A stretch of DNA of 64,000 nucleotides from Octopus vulgaris. Lineage: Eukaryota. The stretch's first letter is position 1. Each line of letters starts with the position of its first letter. Under the pieces are notes generated by a model. The model made no database searches. It saw nothing but the letters and a program-made list of their open reading frames with translations, and had not been told where the DNA came from. A program made the translations under genes and the position numbers. This document shows, piece by piece, positions 24,990 to 40,139 of this stretch. Location: contig OX597818.1 in NCBI GenBank assembly GCA_951406725.2, positions 104,284,001-104,348,000 of the forward strand, in the 5' to 3' direction.

Positions 24990-27460
24990 GAAAACTCAAT
25001 TCAATGTTTCTTGTTTTGTGTTTTGTAATAAAGGGCAGATTATTGGATGTATCTGGAGCGTTTTTCGTAGTTCTTCGACTTTTGTCTTGGAACGTTCTAT
25101 TTCGTTGTCTATTAGTATTAATGGAGATTGTCTTTTCAGTAGTACTTGCTTCAGTTCCTGGACTGCTTTGTTATGATTTTCAGGGCTTAAGACAATTGTG
25201 AAGATTCTTCTTGCTAGATTAAATGAGATTTTTATTCTTCGTGTGTTTGGGATGGCATGAGTAGCATAGTAAGTATTGTTTGTAGTGAATATCCATTTCA
25301 ATGATTTTATCTCTTTTGATGATTACTTCATCCAAGAATCGTAGTTGAGTTTTATTGTATTCCATGGTAAATCTAATATTATTGTTTGTGCTCTTCATTA
25401 GACTTTTGAAGTTGGCAAGTTGTTCAAATATGTACATCCATAGGATTAGGCAGTCATCTAAGTATCGTTTCCAGTTTTCTAATAGATATTTAGATTGTTC
25501 ATATGTTTGGACTTCCATATATGCCACGACTAGATTAACGCAAATCAGAGCAACTTTTGTTCCCATCGCTGTCCCAGATATTTGTTAGTAAATATTGCCA
25601 TCCAAGTCAGAAAAGTTGTTTTCGAGGATAAACTTTAAAGCGTCAGTGATGAAACTCGTTGCAATTTTGTGCGGAATTTCATGAGGGACATTTTTAAGTC
25701 AGAAATTTATTGCCTTAAGTCCATATTGGTATGAGATTGTGGTATACTCGTTCACCACAGAAAAAAGAGACAATAGTGGTATCATTGCTTATGAACTTTG
25801 GGAGGTGGTTTAACAGGTCCAGGTCGTCTCTCACAATCCTTGGTATGTATTTTAAAATAGGCTTCATTAATATATCCCAAAAGTTGCTGTATCTGTGTGT
25901 TTCGCTGTTCGGGCTTGCTACGATTGGACTAAATTTAAGGTCGGTGGTATATTGTATGCTTTATGCCACTTGAAGTTGGTTCTTTACAGGCATTCTTAAT
26001 AGTTTGATACTTATGAGGTTTTGGAAGACCGTAGCAGTAGCTGGGCCTGCAATCACAGTGTATTAAGTAGTCACATTGTTTGTTTGTTAAACCTTTTCGA
26101 TGTTTGTGAGTAAATGTGTCCAGTTTAGTCATTGTCTATTGTTTTTGGTAAATATTTACGTTTTTGTAGTGGATCATACCTTATAGCATAGAATATCTCT
26201 TTTGTAGTGTTCTATATCCATAATAACTATTGTACTTCCCTTATCTGCTTCCTAACTATAATGTCATTATTGATTTTCAGTTCATGTATACTATCCCATT
26301 CCATTCGAATTTTATTGGGTTTGATTTTAAGGTCGTGGAAGTTCTTTGTAAAAATAAGGTAAAAATAAAATCACAAAATTTATCTAGAGCTTGTAATTGG
26401 TCTTGTTTCTTACAATTGAATCATCTCTGATTTCTTTATCGTACAATTCTTCTGTTAGGCGTAGTTTTCTAGCGAACTGTGAAACATCGTTCTGTATTTT
26501 ATTAGATTTAGGGTGCTGTGATGTTGGGGCAAATTTTAAGCCTTTTGACAAAATATTGATTTCTTCCATTGAGAAAGTTTCTTGAATAGGTTAATTATTT
26601 TCGGTTCTCACTTTCAGTTTGCAGCAACTGGTGTCTAGACCTCTATCGGTTGAATCTAAAAAATGATTTTACAAAGTTTTCCTTTTATTACTATTTATAT
26701 ATCCGGGGACATTTTCTCCCTTAACTTGTCCCCTTTTGTATTGATTTTATACGTTTGTTGCTCTGGACTGTGTTTATTTCTTTCTGTAATTGTCTTTTAA
26801 GTTGGTAATATATCCGTAGTGTATGTCTTCGGTTTGGCGGAACGTTCAGTGCAGTCGGAGAGAAAACATCGATTTTAGTTCGATCATTTTGTTGTAGAAG
26901 TATTCTTGAATTGTCTTTATGGAATTGGTGACTACAATTTCCAAATTTAGGTGTTTGATTAATCAGTCGCAAATGGGATTTGTGGATTTTAACTTTCGTC
27001 AGGAATGTTTTCTCGAGAATCATAATTGGAGAAGCAAATATCACTTCTCTCCCACCATTCAAGAAATGTTTTCCACGTTTTCACATTTTTTCTCTTTCCA
27101 AAGTTTAATATTGTTTTCTCAGCCTTCGGATGTTTTTGAAATTTCTGCTTGCATTTGGGTATCAATTGTTTTAAATATTTCGTCGTTGGAATTTTCTCTT
27201 AGCCGTAATAGCTGGGTTTCCATTTTGAATTTGTCGAGAGCCAGCATTTCTCTAAGTTATTTGTTATTGTTCGGGTTCATTAGCGATAGTTTGTATTTAT
27301 AGTTTCTTTGGGAGGATGATCGGTGTTGAATGGCGCCATGTTTCATGTTATTCCAAAAAGCAAATTTACAGGCTGTAATGTTTTCGTTCCATATATGCTT
27401 AATAGTGTTTTCGATGCGACGGTTTCTTTCAGTTTCCGTCAACCATATCCATTCTGAAGG
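24990..27460 (-). mobile_element. Decayed Penelope-like element of the same clade as 3841-7260, retaining upstream ORF remnants and lacking the GIY-YIG end
   Basis: ILSKGLKFAPTS..FARKLRL, YGLPKPHK, MGTKVA, WKRYLDDCLILW, LRFLD, NLARRIFTIV in broken frames. Upstream remnants read IWNENI..FAFWNN, PIILPKKL, LREMLALDKFKME. Confidence 0.9.
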
Positions 27461-27761
27461 CTTTCGTATCCCCGAGGCTATAGGGGAAAACTCTTACCCA
27501 TGGTGATAAGCAGTGAGACAGACTCTTGGCGTGTGTAGTGGGGACGAAACTTCTCGCATAGTCAGGTTTGTACCTTATAAGCATAGGTTTCCGTACGTCT
27601 GTATCTTTGTATCTGCATGTGTGTGTGTATTTGTGATAAGAATATATTTCTAAAGTTATGGTTCGATGATCATTGAAACACTTGAAGTTTATTGGTTAAG
27701 TAAAATGCTTAATTGTACTGAATTACTTTGGGAAGAGAAAGGAATTCGCAAACACATACGC

Positions 27762-27900
27762 ATAGCTTGCTTACCAACCACATGGTTCCAGGTTCAGTCC
27801 CACTGTGTGGCATCTTGGGCAAGCGTTTTGTGCTATAGCCCCGGGCCGACCAATGCCTTGTGAGTGGATTTGGTAGACGGAAACTGAAAGAAGCCTGTCG

Positions 27901-27935
<35 letters not shown>

Positions 27936-28147
27936 GTATGTATATGTTTGTTTGTCTATGTTTGTCCCCCTAGCATTGCTTGACAACCGATGCTGGTGTG
28001 TTTACGTCCTCGTCACTTAGCGGTTCGGCAAAAGAGACCGATAGAATAAGTACTGGGCTTACAAGGAATAAGTCCCGCGGTCGATTTGCTCGACTAAAGG
28101 CGGTGCTCCAGCATGGCCGCAGTCAAATGACTGAAACAAGTAAAAGA

Positions 28148-28148
<1 letters not shown>
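27762..28148 (+). mobile_element. tRNA-derived SINE with internal microsatellite
   Basis: tagcttgcttaccaaccacatggttccaggttcagtccc...gaagcctgtcg-(TA)n...gactgaaacaagtaaaaga. Confidence 0.85.
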
Positions 28149-28179
<31 letters not shown>

Positions 28180-28210
28180 CTATACAATATGTTACATTAC
28201 TCGGTAGTCA

Positions 28211-28270
28211 AGATAAAACTCTGAGTTTCAGGTGCCGAAGTGGAAATCCACAACACCATCTCTTCGGTTA

Positions 28271-28273
<3 letters not shown>
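28211..28273 (-). ncRNA. Type I hammerhead (U4C variant) in a ~95-bp insert between two TA tracts
   Basis: agataa-CCGAAGA-gat-ggtgttg..cggcacc-t-GAAA-ctcagag-TT-ttatct. 6-bp stem I, quasi-palindromic stem III, GUU triplet. Confidence 0.65.
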
Positions 28274-28312
<39 letters not shown>

Positions 28313-30287
28313 GTGTTGTTGTATATGACTTTACCTCTGTTCTCCGTGTCGCAATCATATTATTCCATGACATTACTCTCTTTGATGTGCTCAGAGTTCC
28401 GCTTTTCTCTAGCAAGGCAATTATAGGTTCTGACAAATACTCTTTTGCTTTTTGTCCTTCCTAATAGCCACTTATTGCGCGGGCGCGAATGTGTGTGTGT
28501 GAACACGTATCATTCACAATTTCAGTAAAACAAGTTATTTCCGCCTGCAAACACCTCCATCATCAAGGTTTATATGGTTTGTATTACTTCAGATATATAC
28601 CGTGTAATTTTGGAAACTTACATTTTGAATTTTAAATAAATAGAAAAGGAACAAAAGCGGTGTTAGCACAAATTAAGATACGAAATGGAGTGACAGAAAC
28701 TGGTGTTTCTTTCCCTGTGTTCACATGTTAGTGTTAGAAAAGTAACACATGTGTCGTAACTTTGTTACGACGTCGTCTCTTCTTAGTTTGTCATATTTAC
28801 GGCAGAAATTGGACAAATAGTGAAATGGATATAATGAGCAATAGATTGTCTTTGGATGTTCCGCAAGAACATGAAGATTTATTAATTTTTGAAGGCAACG
28901 AAATTACTATGACATTTTACTCCATCTTGAGAGTAGATATGAATGGAAAATTTATTTTAATGCACAGCAAAAGCCCCTAAGGCAACACGTGGGAAGAAAA
29001 TAGATGCTTGAATGATGTCTAACCAGAAGGGAAAATAGCGCGGTGGAGAGAAGAGGGCAACGGATAACTGTAGAGATCGCAACAAAGGTATTCTTCTCCG
29101 GAGGCTGCTTCCACAAATCACCTTGGAATCTGATCCACTCGCAAGAGGAGCTACTAATGTAGCAAAGCACCAAGACCTTTGCTTCTCCGATCAATAAATC
29201 TCAATCCATTTTCTGCACATGACGAGGAGATGAAAAATAACACACACACATATACCGTATAAACACACACGCATGCACACATACACGCACACACAAACAC
29301 ACACACACACATATATATATATATATGGGTGGGTATATATATATATGTATGTATATTCATATGCTTAATAGTTGTGTGTATATGTATATATACATATATA
29401 TGTGTATATGTGTGTGCTTACATAAACATACACACACACATACGCATATAGGTAAGTACATAGATATACACACATTCACATACGTACAGTCTAAAATATA
29501 CTCAGACAAATATGTTTTATTAACGTGTCCACTATTTTAATTTGTATTCATTATATTTATTTCTTGTTTTACTTATTTTTGAATCTGTGATATATTTGGA
29601 TATTCAAGATTTTCTGATAATATTACCATTTTCCAAACATTTCTCGCCATAAAAATTAAGTAATTTATACTCGCATCATATAGAACAATGTATCTTATTT
29701 CTCAGTATCTTTCATTCCAATAGTCTACTTAATTTCTCATTCATTTTATATTGGTGGCATTGTATATGGAATTAAAGAATAATGAATTGTATTCTAGCAT
29801 CACAATCTCCATCAATGAAATCGTGGGTAAATTCAGTAAGTTCTTAGGATTAACAACCTGGTACCGCTTTCTCCGTCTTCATTTTAATATATCATTTAAA
29901 TAACATACCGTTGGGAAAAAGATTGTTGAGAGGAGATAAGATATAGATATTTATTTTTGCATATTTTGTGGGTTTTTTGAAAAGTTCTTTTGCTGTTGTT
30001 TGCTAAATTTCATTCTTGTGTCTCCATTTCTTTGTAGCTTGAATTGAACACGTACCCGCATATACACATAAACCCATACACGCATACATACACGCAAGCA
30101 CAGATGCACACATACACATACATATACCCCAGTAATCACGCATAACAAGCGACAACATTGTTGCTGTTGTTGTTGTTAATTTTAGTGGTGGTGGTGGTGG
30201 TTGTGGTGGTGGTGGTGGTGGTGGTGGTGGTGGTATTGGTGGTGGCTGTGGTGGTGCTGGTGCTGGTGCTGCTTCTGCTGCTGCTGT

Positions 30288-30342
<55 letters not shown>

Positions 30343-31851
30343 GGTGGTGGTGGTTATGGTTTCAACTGGTTTCAAATCTTAGGACAAATCTAACAATTTG
30401 AATTCTGAAAGAATGAAGGACAAAGTCGACATCGGTGGAATTCGAACCGGTTTTCTGGCTGAGAGCCTCTCGGACTACATTATTCTATGTGCTATATTTA
30501 AGACGTTATACTGTAATTTGAAGTAGATTCGGCTGCTATTTTTAGCATGTAGATGAACGAAATTGATGTTCATTTGATTTTTAAAGATGATAAAGATTAT
30601 GGAATTAATGGTTAGTGGTTAGTGATTGTTATAGTGTTGACGATGAAGAGTAGCAGCAGCAGCAGCAGCAGCAGTAGCAGCCACAATGCCAACAGTAGTA
30701 ACAGCAAGAACAAGAACATCAACCGCAAAAAAAATCACACCTGTAACTGCACCAAAATTGAAAAACTAAAATTCAACAACTCAATTGGAAACACTTGTAA
30801 TAACAAAAAAATCTTGCAGTAGAAAAATAGTTTCCTACAGTCAAAAGAAACCCTCAAACATTCGCAAGTCCAACGAAACACAACTGCACACATGTGTACA
30901 TTAAAATACACCAATAACACATATACACGCGCACTTCATTCTTGGTATTCAGGCGTCACAGACAAATATCCGTCAAATATAAATAATGTAAATAAAGTGT
31001 AAGAGAGAAGTCTCGACGTTTTGATAGGAATCGCATTGAACAGATATAAACTACAACGACAAAACCTAACTCAGAACCGTTTGCAGAAACGTCAGAATTA
31101 CACCTACAAAAGAAAGAGAAGAGGAAGGAAAAGCGACAACCCCAATATAACCAACAGTTTAAGTCAAACATACAACCAGTCAACATCAACTCTGTTGACA
31201 TTTTAAATAATAAGGGTGAATTAAAACGTGCCAGTCGGGGGGATTTTAAGTAGCTCTTGCATAACACACCATCAAAAAAGTCAACTCATACACTCAGACA
31301 CCTATAAGACAATGAAGACAAAATATTTTATATGATATAAGAATCTTCGAGAAAAAAAATCCTTTTAAAGAGGAGTTAAGAGGGAATTTACTTAAATTTT
31401 CGGCAGACAGTATTATCTGCCTTTCTCTAAGACTGACGTGAATGGCTGCTCGCACTTTCCCTTCGACCAACATGGCCGTGCGAAGACTAGAATGTATTTT
31501 CACGAGTGGCCCCGCATGAACTTCGATGCAGGGTCACTTGCTCGAAGATATACGTAGACTAGTTAACAAGAAGATCAGATTACCACACTGCTTACTCATG
31601 GTTTAAAATATTTCTTCATTTACCTCATTGCTTCTCTGCCAACATATATACTATGTGTATATTTACATGATTGCTTTATATAGACTTTGTACAGCAAGCA
31701 ACGTACGTAACACATTTTCTTTACTCTTACTTAATATATATTTTGACCCCACTGAAAAAAATAGCTGTATGAATTATATAAGTTATTTTTATTATATATA
31801 TATTTTGATAAATTTGTTTGAGTATATAATAAAATATGATTGGCTATGATT

Positions 31852-32070
31852 ATGTGTGTGTGTATGTATGTGTGTACGTGTGTGTGTGTACGTGTGAGGG
31901 TGTACGTGTGTGTGTGTACGTGTGTGTGTGTACGTGTGAGTGTGTACGTGTGTGTGTGTACGTGTGTGTGTGTACGTGTGAGTGTGTACGTGTGTGTGTG
32001 TACGTGTGTGTGTGTACGTGTGTGTGTATATGTATGTGTGTACGTGTGTGTGTGTGTGTGTGTGTGTGTG
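31852..32070. repeat. (TG)n-derived minisatellite with periodic TAC interruptions (~42-bp higher-order period)
   Basis: gtacgtgtgtgtgt / gtacgtgtgagtgt units. Confidence 0.85.
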
Positions 32071-33416
32071 TCTTTCCCCTTACCATCTAAATATTTACCT
32101 CTTTGAGGAAAATTAACTTCTCTTTGATAATAACTTAGACAGAGGCTACCTCGTTAGCTTGAGGTCACAATTTTTTATGATAAGAGCCAGGAGTATATGC
32201 GTGTATTTATGTTATTATATTATGCAATTAACAAACGAAATCATTTGTTAATTGCAACAAAGATAGATTTTTGTTGTTGTTTTATTAATCTTTAATCTTC
32301 AAACAGTCAACTTGACACAGTTAAATATACGTGACTCCTTTCTATTAAGTTCTAAGAAAACACAGAAACACTTATTCATTCAGCTAACCAGACAGAAAAA
32401 TACAGCAAAATATAATCACGAGAATTCTACGAGATCGTTGGTATGATTTTCTTTCCCAAGAGTTAAGTTAATAAAAGGATTTTTCCTCTTACGGTTAAGG
32501 TAAGTTGGTGTGCCAAAAGGAAATGAACTATCTAATATTTTGAGTAGGATACTACTTTGGGGAAATATACTTGATTGAAAATGAAAAACAGAAAATAATA
32601 ACGCCAGGCTTTGTCTAGGGACACAAGCATAATAATGGTTGTATAGTATGAATTCACACGTGATTTATGATTTGTAGTTCACCACCTCCAACTAACAATC
32701 AGTGTATCTCATTAAAATGTTTTTATTGCAAATTACCCCAGGGTATTTGCTTTTTGTTATAGCTTCGTTGTTCTATGTTGCTGCGTTTGTTGTTTTATTT
32801 ATTTATTTATTTGTTTGTTTATTTATTTATTGTTTCTGAAATGTCAGATCTTTCGAATGTTGGTGCTCACATTTAAACTGGCCAAAGAACGATAATACAA
32901 GAGACAGTAAATTCTACGACAGACATGGCCGACAGATGGCAGTGTTGAGAAACAGAACGGAAGTGAAACAGTTGATGATGACGACGACGACGACGACGAC
33001 CATGATGACGATGACGAGGATGATGGACATGAGGTGGTAGTGGTGGCGGTGATGGCGGTGGTTGTGGTAGTGGTGGCGGTGGCGGCGGTGGCGCTGGTGT
33101 TGGTGGTGGTGACGACGATGTCGACAACGATAGTGATATAATGATGATGGTGAAGTTGATAATGAAGAGGCTGATGATGACGATGGTGGTGATGGGGATA
33201 ATGTCAAGGACGACGATGATAACAATGAAAATGCTGACAGAAAGTGAAGATGATGCTGATGAGGAGGGGGCGGATGACAGGAGGGGGGACGAGGAGGGGG
33301 GAGATGTGGAGGGGAGCAGGAGGGGGAGTGGAGGAGAGGAGGAGGGGAGGAGAGGGGGAGGAGGTTGGGGAGGAGGAGGAGGAGACTATTGCGTTGGCAA
33401 TATTGTTCGAGTGTAG

Positions 33417-33840
33417 GGCGGTGAGCTGACAGAATCGTTAGCACGCCGGGCGAAATATTTTGCGGTATTTCGTCTGCTGTTAATTTCTGAGTTCAAATTC
33501 CGCTGAGGTTGACTTTGCCTTTGATCCTTTTGGGGTCAATCTAATCGACTGGCTCCTCCTCCTTCGGGCCTTTTGCCTAGAGTATAACAGAATATCGTCG
33601 AATTATAGGATGATGAGCTGGCAGAATCGTTTGCACGCCGAGCGAAATGATTAGCGGTATTTCGTCTGCCGTTACGTTCTAAGTTCAAACTCTGCCGAAG
33701 TCGACTTTGCCTTTCATCTTTTCGTGTCTATTAAATAAGGAGCAGTTACGCACTGGTGTCGATGTAATCGACTTAAACCCTATGTCTGTCCTTGTTTGTC
33801 CCCTCTATATTTAGTCCCCTGTGTGCTATAAAGAAATAAA
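33417..33840 (+). mobile_element. Two tandem copies of the Meta-like tRNA SINE
   Basis: Same A-box, B-box and core as 22601. Confidence 0.8.
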
Positions 33841-35143
33841 TATTGTTCAATCGTTTCCTAAAATTTCTGGTATCGTTAAATGAGAAGCAAATATTATCGG
33901 CTTCACTGATAGAGTAACAGACAAGATGCTTCCAGGTGTTAAGTTATGCAATTTTAATTTCTGATGTCAAATCCTGATGAGATCTCTTTCTTTCAGTAGT
34001 ATTCGAGTACTGGATTCAATATAGTTTAATGTTCCATCCCGCTGATATTGCTACTCTCTGACTGTTTTACAAATCATCTACATTATTTCAATGATTAAAA
34101 CCGGTGAGATCGAAGAATTATTAGCACGCTGTACAAACTGCTTAGGAGGATATCATATTCCGCTGGCATCACCTTTGCTTTTCATCCCTATAAGATTAAC
34201 AAGATAAGTAACGGTTGAGTACTAAGGTTGATGTAGTGCACTAGCCTCATTCCACAATATTTCAGGTCTTAGCCTATAACAGAAAGAATTATTTCAATAG
34301 TTTAACTCGATGTGCTTGCAGAATCTTAAGGGTATCGGATAAATTATTTTGTGGCACTTCTTGTTCAGAACGTATTCAGCTCAAATACCGACGTAGTCAA
34401 CTCTGCCATCTGTCCTCGATGGGTTGATAAAATAATATGCCAAAGAAATACCGATTTTGAAAGACATCCGTCTCCCCCATACACGGGTTCGATTTCAATT
34501 TGTATGTTATTATTTCTCAATTAGAATATCCAATTAGCAAATCACTATGGCTAACGTCAAATGACTGTGAGAAGTAAAATATGACAGATAAAATAAATTC
34601 ATGCAGGAATACACATAAACACGCATATACACATACACACATACAGGTATACGGACACACAGCACACATATACATGCATACGTGCGTACATTCACACATA
34701 CATATGTAGTAGCAAGCATACATACGTACATGCACAAACACATACATACATACATACATACATACATACATACATACATACATACATACATACATACATA
34801 CATAAGTACGTACGTATGTACATGCATGTATACATACATATTCAGTTAGTTTCTGAAAAGCTGAGAGTTTCGTATGTTCCTTTCTTTTGCACTTACTAAA
34901 CCTGAGTGAATTAGGCTGTGCACTATTTCACATTATACACGCGGTCACATGCATGCATGCACTCACACACATACACACACATTACACGCACACTGAGTCA
35001 ACATATATATATACTTTTATATTGCGTTCTTTTTCTACTGTTTGATCCACCAAAAATGCATACAAAGGTATATATACATATATATGTAAACATATATATG
35101 TACACATTTATATAAACATACATATATACATAATTGTGAGCAC

Positions 35144-35204
<61 letters not shown>

Positions 35205-35289
35205 AGGGTGTATGTGTATGTGAATACATATATAAAGGAATGTGCATATATGTATGTATATATATATATATATAGATATATATATATAT

Positions 35290-35511
35290 GGGTGTGTGTG
35301 ATTGTGTATAGAAGAATATATTAATAAAAAGAATTCAACCTTGTTGATTTTCACGTTTTTACAATCTTATAATGATATATTATAAGATAATATATTATAA
35401 TTGAATAAAATAAAATGAAATAGTAGAATTTAAATATTCATTCTGATTGAACTAGTACTTTCATGCATTGAATTTTGCAATCTTCGGGTTATGTGTGTGT
35501 TGACAGTCATG

Positions 35512-35515
<4 letters not shown>
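35290..35515 (-). mobile_element. Solo 3' end (pLTR-like) of the PLE at 3841-7260, including its HHR (35449-35490)
   Basis: Reverse complement matches 7028-7260 closely; aac-CCGAAGA-ttgcaaaattcaatgcat-GAAA-gtac-TA-gttc. Confidence 0.9.
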
Positions 35516-35574
<59 letters not shown>

Positions 35575-35863
35575 GTGTACATACGCAAGAAGAAGGATGC
35601 GTTACCAATCGGCAATTTCAAATTTATACAATGGAAATAAAAGTTCTGTTCAATTGTACATTATTCAGATTGAAAGTTATATAAAACGACAGATAGATAG
35701 TGAGAGCAAGAGAGCGAGGGAGAGAAAGTGAGAGAGAGAGAGAACGAAAGAGAGACTGGCATACAGACAGAGGGGGAGTAAAATAAAAGGCAGATATATT
35801 GTAAAAATCTAGAAATATTTTTTGAAGTAAATTTGTTAGAAACACAAAATAATATTAATAATA

Positions 35864-35932
<69 letters not shown>

Positions 35933-36386
35933 GTAATAATAGTAATAATAGTAATAATAGTAATAATAGTAATAATAATAATAATAATAATAAATAATAT
36001 CAATAATAAAAAAGACGACGAACAAGCAAACAAACATGTATTTCATAATAGATTTTTATTTAGTCAAGAAGGAAGTGGAGGGGGTTAATTTCTGTCTAAA
36101 GAAATGAATTGTCAAAATTCCATATGTCATGGAAAATATTGATTTCTATTTGATACAACTTATTGAATGCTTCACTTGGGTTTTGATAAAATATTTCACA
36201 TTGATTTGTCAGAGGAAAGAAGATGCTATTAGAATAGTCTTTATTTCGGTAAAATATATTACAATGAATGTTATACGGACGGTTGATAGATAGTTGGGCG
36301 TGTGTTATATCATTCTCCCTGTCTCTCCATGTATACGAGTGTGTTAGAATATATGAATGTCGATACAATTGTGCAGATGTATGTCT

Positions 36387-36418
<32 letters not shown>

Positions 36419-36905
36419 GTTTATATATACATATGTATGTGTGTGTATAAGTATGTCTTCACACACATTATATTAATATGCATATAGAGGCATATGCCTA
36501 TTATATTACGGCACAAAGACTTGCATGAAGAACAAAAATGGAAAAAAAGTACTAAATATTTCTTGCAGAGTGTCATTCTATTTATTGTAAGCTGTAGACT
36601 TGTTTTCCGCTATACCTAGTTTCCTGTTTCGTCTGCCGGCCGGAAATCGGTTACATGAAAATTGAAGTAACGGTTCGTTAGTGACGTTTATAATTCATAT
36701 CTATATATATATATATATATGCCTGTGTGTGTGAGTGTGTGTAGAAATATGTACAAATATATAAGTATACATGTATACATATATATATACACAATATATA
36801 TATTGTATACATGCATGTATGTATATAACCATACTTATATATTATATATATTCTATATATTTGCATATGCATATATTTGCGTGCATGTGTATGTGTGTGT
36901 GTTTG

Positions 36906-36955
<50 letters not shown>

Positions 36956-37007
36956 TATGTGTGTATCAATATATATATATGTATGTATGTATATGTATAT
37001 ATATATG

Positions 37008-37073
<66 letters not shown>

Positions 37074-37116
37074 CATACATATATATATACATACATATAT
37101 ATATGTGTGTGTGTGC

Positions 37117-37154
<38 letters not shown>

Positions 37155-37647
37155 GTACAAGCACAGATATATCTTTTAACAGTATGTGTACGCTGTACAT
37201 CCTTAGCTTACTGAAAATGATTTTATCTGATAAGGAAATGCTAACTTCTGTATCTGCTGTATTCCTCTTACATACTTTTTCTATCCTTACATAACACGAA
37301 CATTGAATTATTGATTTTCTTTTCGTTTTAACATCGAGTACAAAATTTTGTGAAAATTTGAAAATCCACAATAGTTCATTCACAGAAATAATATGCGTAC
37401 ACTATTTCAGTAGAATACATAGGATCATATTAGCCATTTATAGGTGATTGACCTACGTTGCATAATATATATTTTATAAATTATTTTTCTCTGAAAGGCA
37501 GACATTCCTTGGTTTTGTTTCATCCTTCTTTATTATTTACTAGGCACCAGTTTGGAGATATTTTTGCCGCAAAGTGGATAAATTTTATTGAAAATTTTCC
37601 AGGAGAGCGTACAATATCACTAATGTTGCCAGTATTACGCTAACATG

Positions 37648-37700
<53 letters not shown>

Positions 37701-37717
37701 GTGTATACATATATACA

Positions 37718-37757
<40 letters not shown>

Positions 37758-39299
37758 GCTGCTGCTATTAACTCTTGTAAGCTGTCACATGCTAAATATA
37801 TATGGAAATACTCAAATTTGATAATGCAGTCTATCTCCAGAGTCACATGCCTATATCATTGTAAAACTGTAAAATAAATCTATGGAATGGAGTTGTATCT
37901 ATGCTTTTTATCTATTTATTTATTTAAGGCTTTTTTTCTATTTTTCATTTTTGGATAAATGTCGACTTCTTTCAATTTTTTGAGAAAGGAACTAGAAATT
38001 TGGATCGAATGCATTTAACGGAGCAAACTAAAGAAACCCCCACGGGTTTGTTAAATTGGTTGGTGGCGGTGTTTAATTGACTGGCGGATTATTTCAATCA
38101 CCCTGTGTCTCAGGTGTGAAATATTAGTATAGTTGACTTAATGTGAACTGGAGTACCAAACAAGAGACCAGGATTTTTTTATCCGAATCCTAGTAGGGTT
38201 TTTTTCTCGTCTACTGGTATTTAGCGCACAATTTATGAAGCAAGCTAAGGTGGAAGTTAATACTATTTTTAGGCATTTTACTATTTCCAGTATTTCATCT
38301 GGAGTTTACATTCGAAGTTACAGTTCCGCTCACACTGATATTACCTCACATCCTTTCGATAAAATGACTACCTGTGCAACACTACGTTGGTTGTAATCGA
38401 CTTACCGACATTCTTATATGCTAGCGCCTTTCTAAAATTTGAAATCACCCTGATTGAACAGACCTATTATCAAATGCTTTCTAGCCAACGCATTTCAGAT
38501 TCCTATCTTCCTAAATGTAATACTATCTAAGACTCCATTCTCTAATGTATCCGATATTTCTTCTTTTTTTTATTTCTTTTAAATACAAAGATGAGCAAAG
38601 ACGTCACTACTATTTGTTGAAAGGGAAAACCCCATACAAATTCCTCTCATTGCCTCCAAGTAGGGACCGTGAATCATTAGTAATTTACAGTTGCATACTG
38701 AACTATTCATGTGGTGTTTTGGTTTCAATTCTTACAATGGACATCGGTATCTGCAATAGCTGCAGCGTATGGAAAATAGGTTGTTATGCAACAGACAAAG
38801 AGTAACCATGAGTTTTTTTCTATTTTTATAACTTACAAAGTGTTTTGCAAAATCAATAACGTTTCTGTATATCAAATTTGTCATTCAGATATTGAATCGA
38901 CATTTCGCTAATAGTAAATGATATGGTTGCCAGCCTTTTTTCATAATTTTTAATTTTTAATTTTTTCCTTAGCCCTGGTGGGGCAACTTTCATTCAAGAT
39001 ATCGTAGAAGAGACCGTTACATTTTCTTTTCTCTCTTTTGTGATTGTAAATGTTGAACACTATTTATCAAACATTTCCTTCCTTGTTAAGACCAAGAAGT
39101 TGAATTAGAAGCTATAAATGCAGGCGGTGGCACCCTAATGCATTTAATACACAAAAGAGGAAAGATTGATGAAATAAAAAAAAAACATATTCGCCCTCTT
39201 CAGTTCAGTTTTTGTGCTTATCCGAACATATTGTCGTGTAAGTTTTGAGTGCAAAACCGAGTAGGATCGCGAATACAAGCAACCAAAGCAGATTTCCTA

Positions 39300-39680
39300 C
39301 TGTAAATCTACGATAGTGTGAGTAGCTCGAAATTCAGGTAATCTCTCAAGGTCCAGACGTTATTCCTTGCTTTGTTTGATCACAGCTCCGGTATTACGTC
39401 CATGCGATTGGAATGTTGCGGTAAAGGATCGCAAGACAGTTTCTTCATACTATACTAACTGGCAGGAGACGTAGTGGTAGACCAAGAATGAGATGGTTGG
39501 ACACAATATCCAGTCTCATTTGGTTAGGCTTGGGAAAACAGCCTGAAAGTCTAATGGCAGTTGCTTCTGCTAGGACACTTTAGAGGACATGGCTGGGGAA
39601 GCTACTTCCACGACCCTGCCAGAAATAGGGAGCAAACATGAATGAATGAGTTGATGGATGGATGGATGGAGGGATGGAGG
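39300..39680 (+). mobile_element. RTE-clade LINE 3' fragment
   Basis: QLRYYVHA..GRRRSGRPRMRWLDTI..LGLG..LLPRP; tail of TGAA/TGGA repeats. Confidence 0.7.
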
Positions 39681-39979
39681 GTGTTACGGATAGATGGAAG
39701 GAAAGAGTATGATACAGAAGCAGATTTGGCTACGGCGTTTCCCTCGTGGAGACAATTACTTTAAATTTGAGACTGATTAACATCTATGGACAAAACCAAT
39801 CTAACCTTGATCATTTTGTCTATTAGTGAACAGAAGGAGTACATTTCCCAAGCTTCCTTTCGTACGTTGGTAGAATATAACGTGACAGAGAAATGAATGC
39901 TATTTCTAGCATGGCATACGACAGCCTAAAGTTTTTCTTGATCCCTCAGTTGCTCTACAGTTTATTATATATAAACCAA

Positions 39980-40086
39980 CTCTGTCGGTCTCTTTTGTCG
40001 AACCCCCTAAGTTACGGGGACGTAAACACACCAGTATCGGTTGTCAAGCGATGCTGGGAGGGGGACAAACACAGACACACAAACAT

Positions 40087-40139
<53 letters not shown>

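Noticed and set aside
28760-29230. Mariner transposase relic (also 54540-54900)
   Set aside because: Only vague motif resemblance and no TIRs identified.
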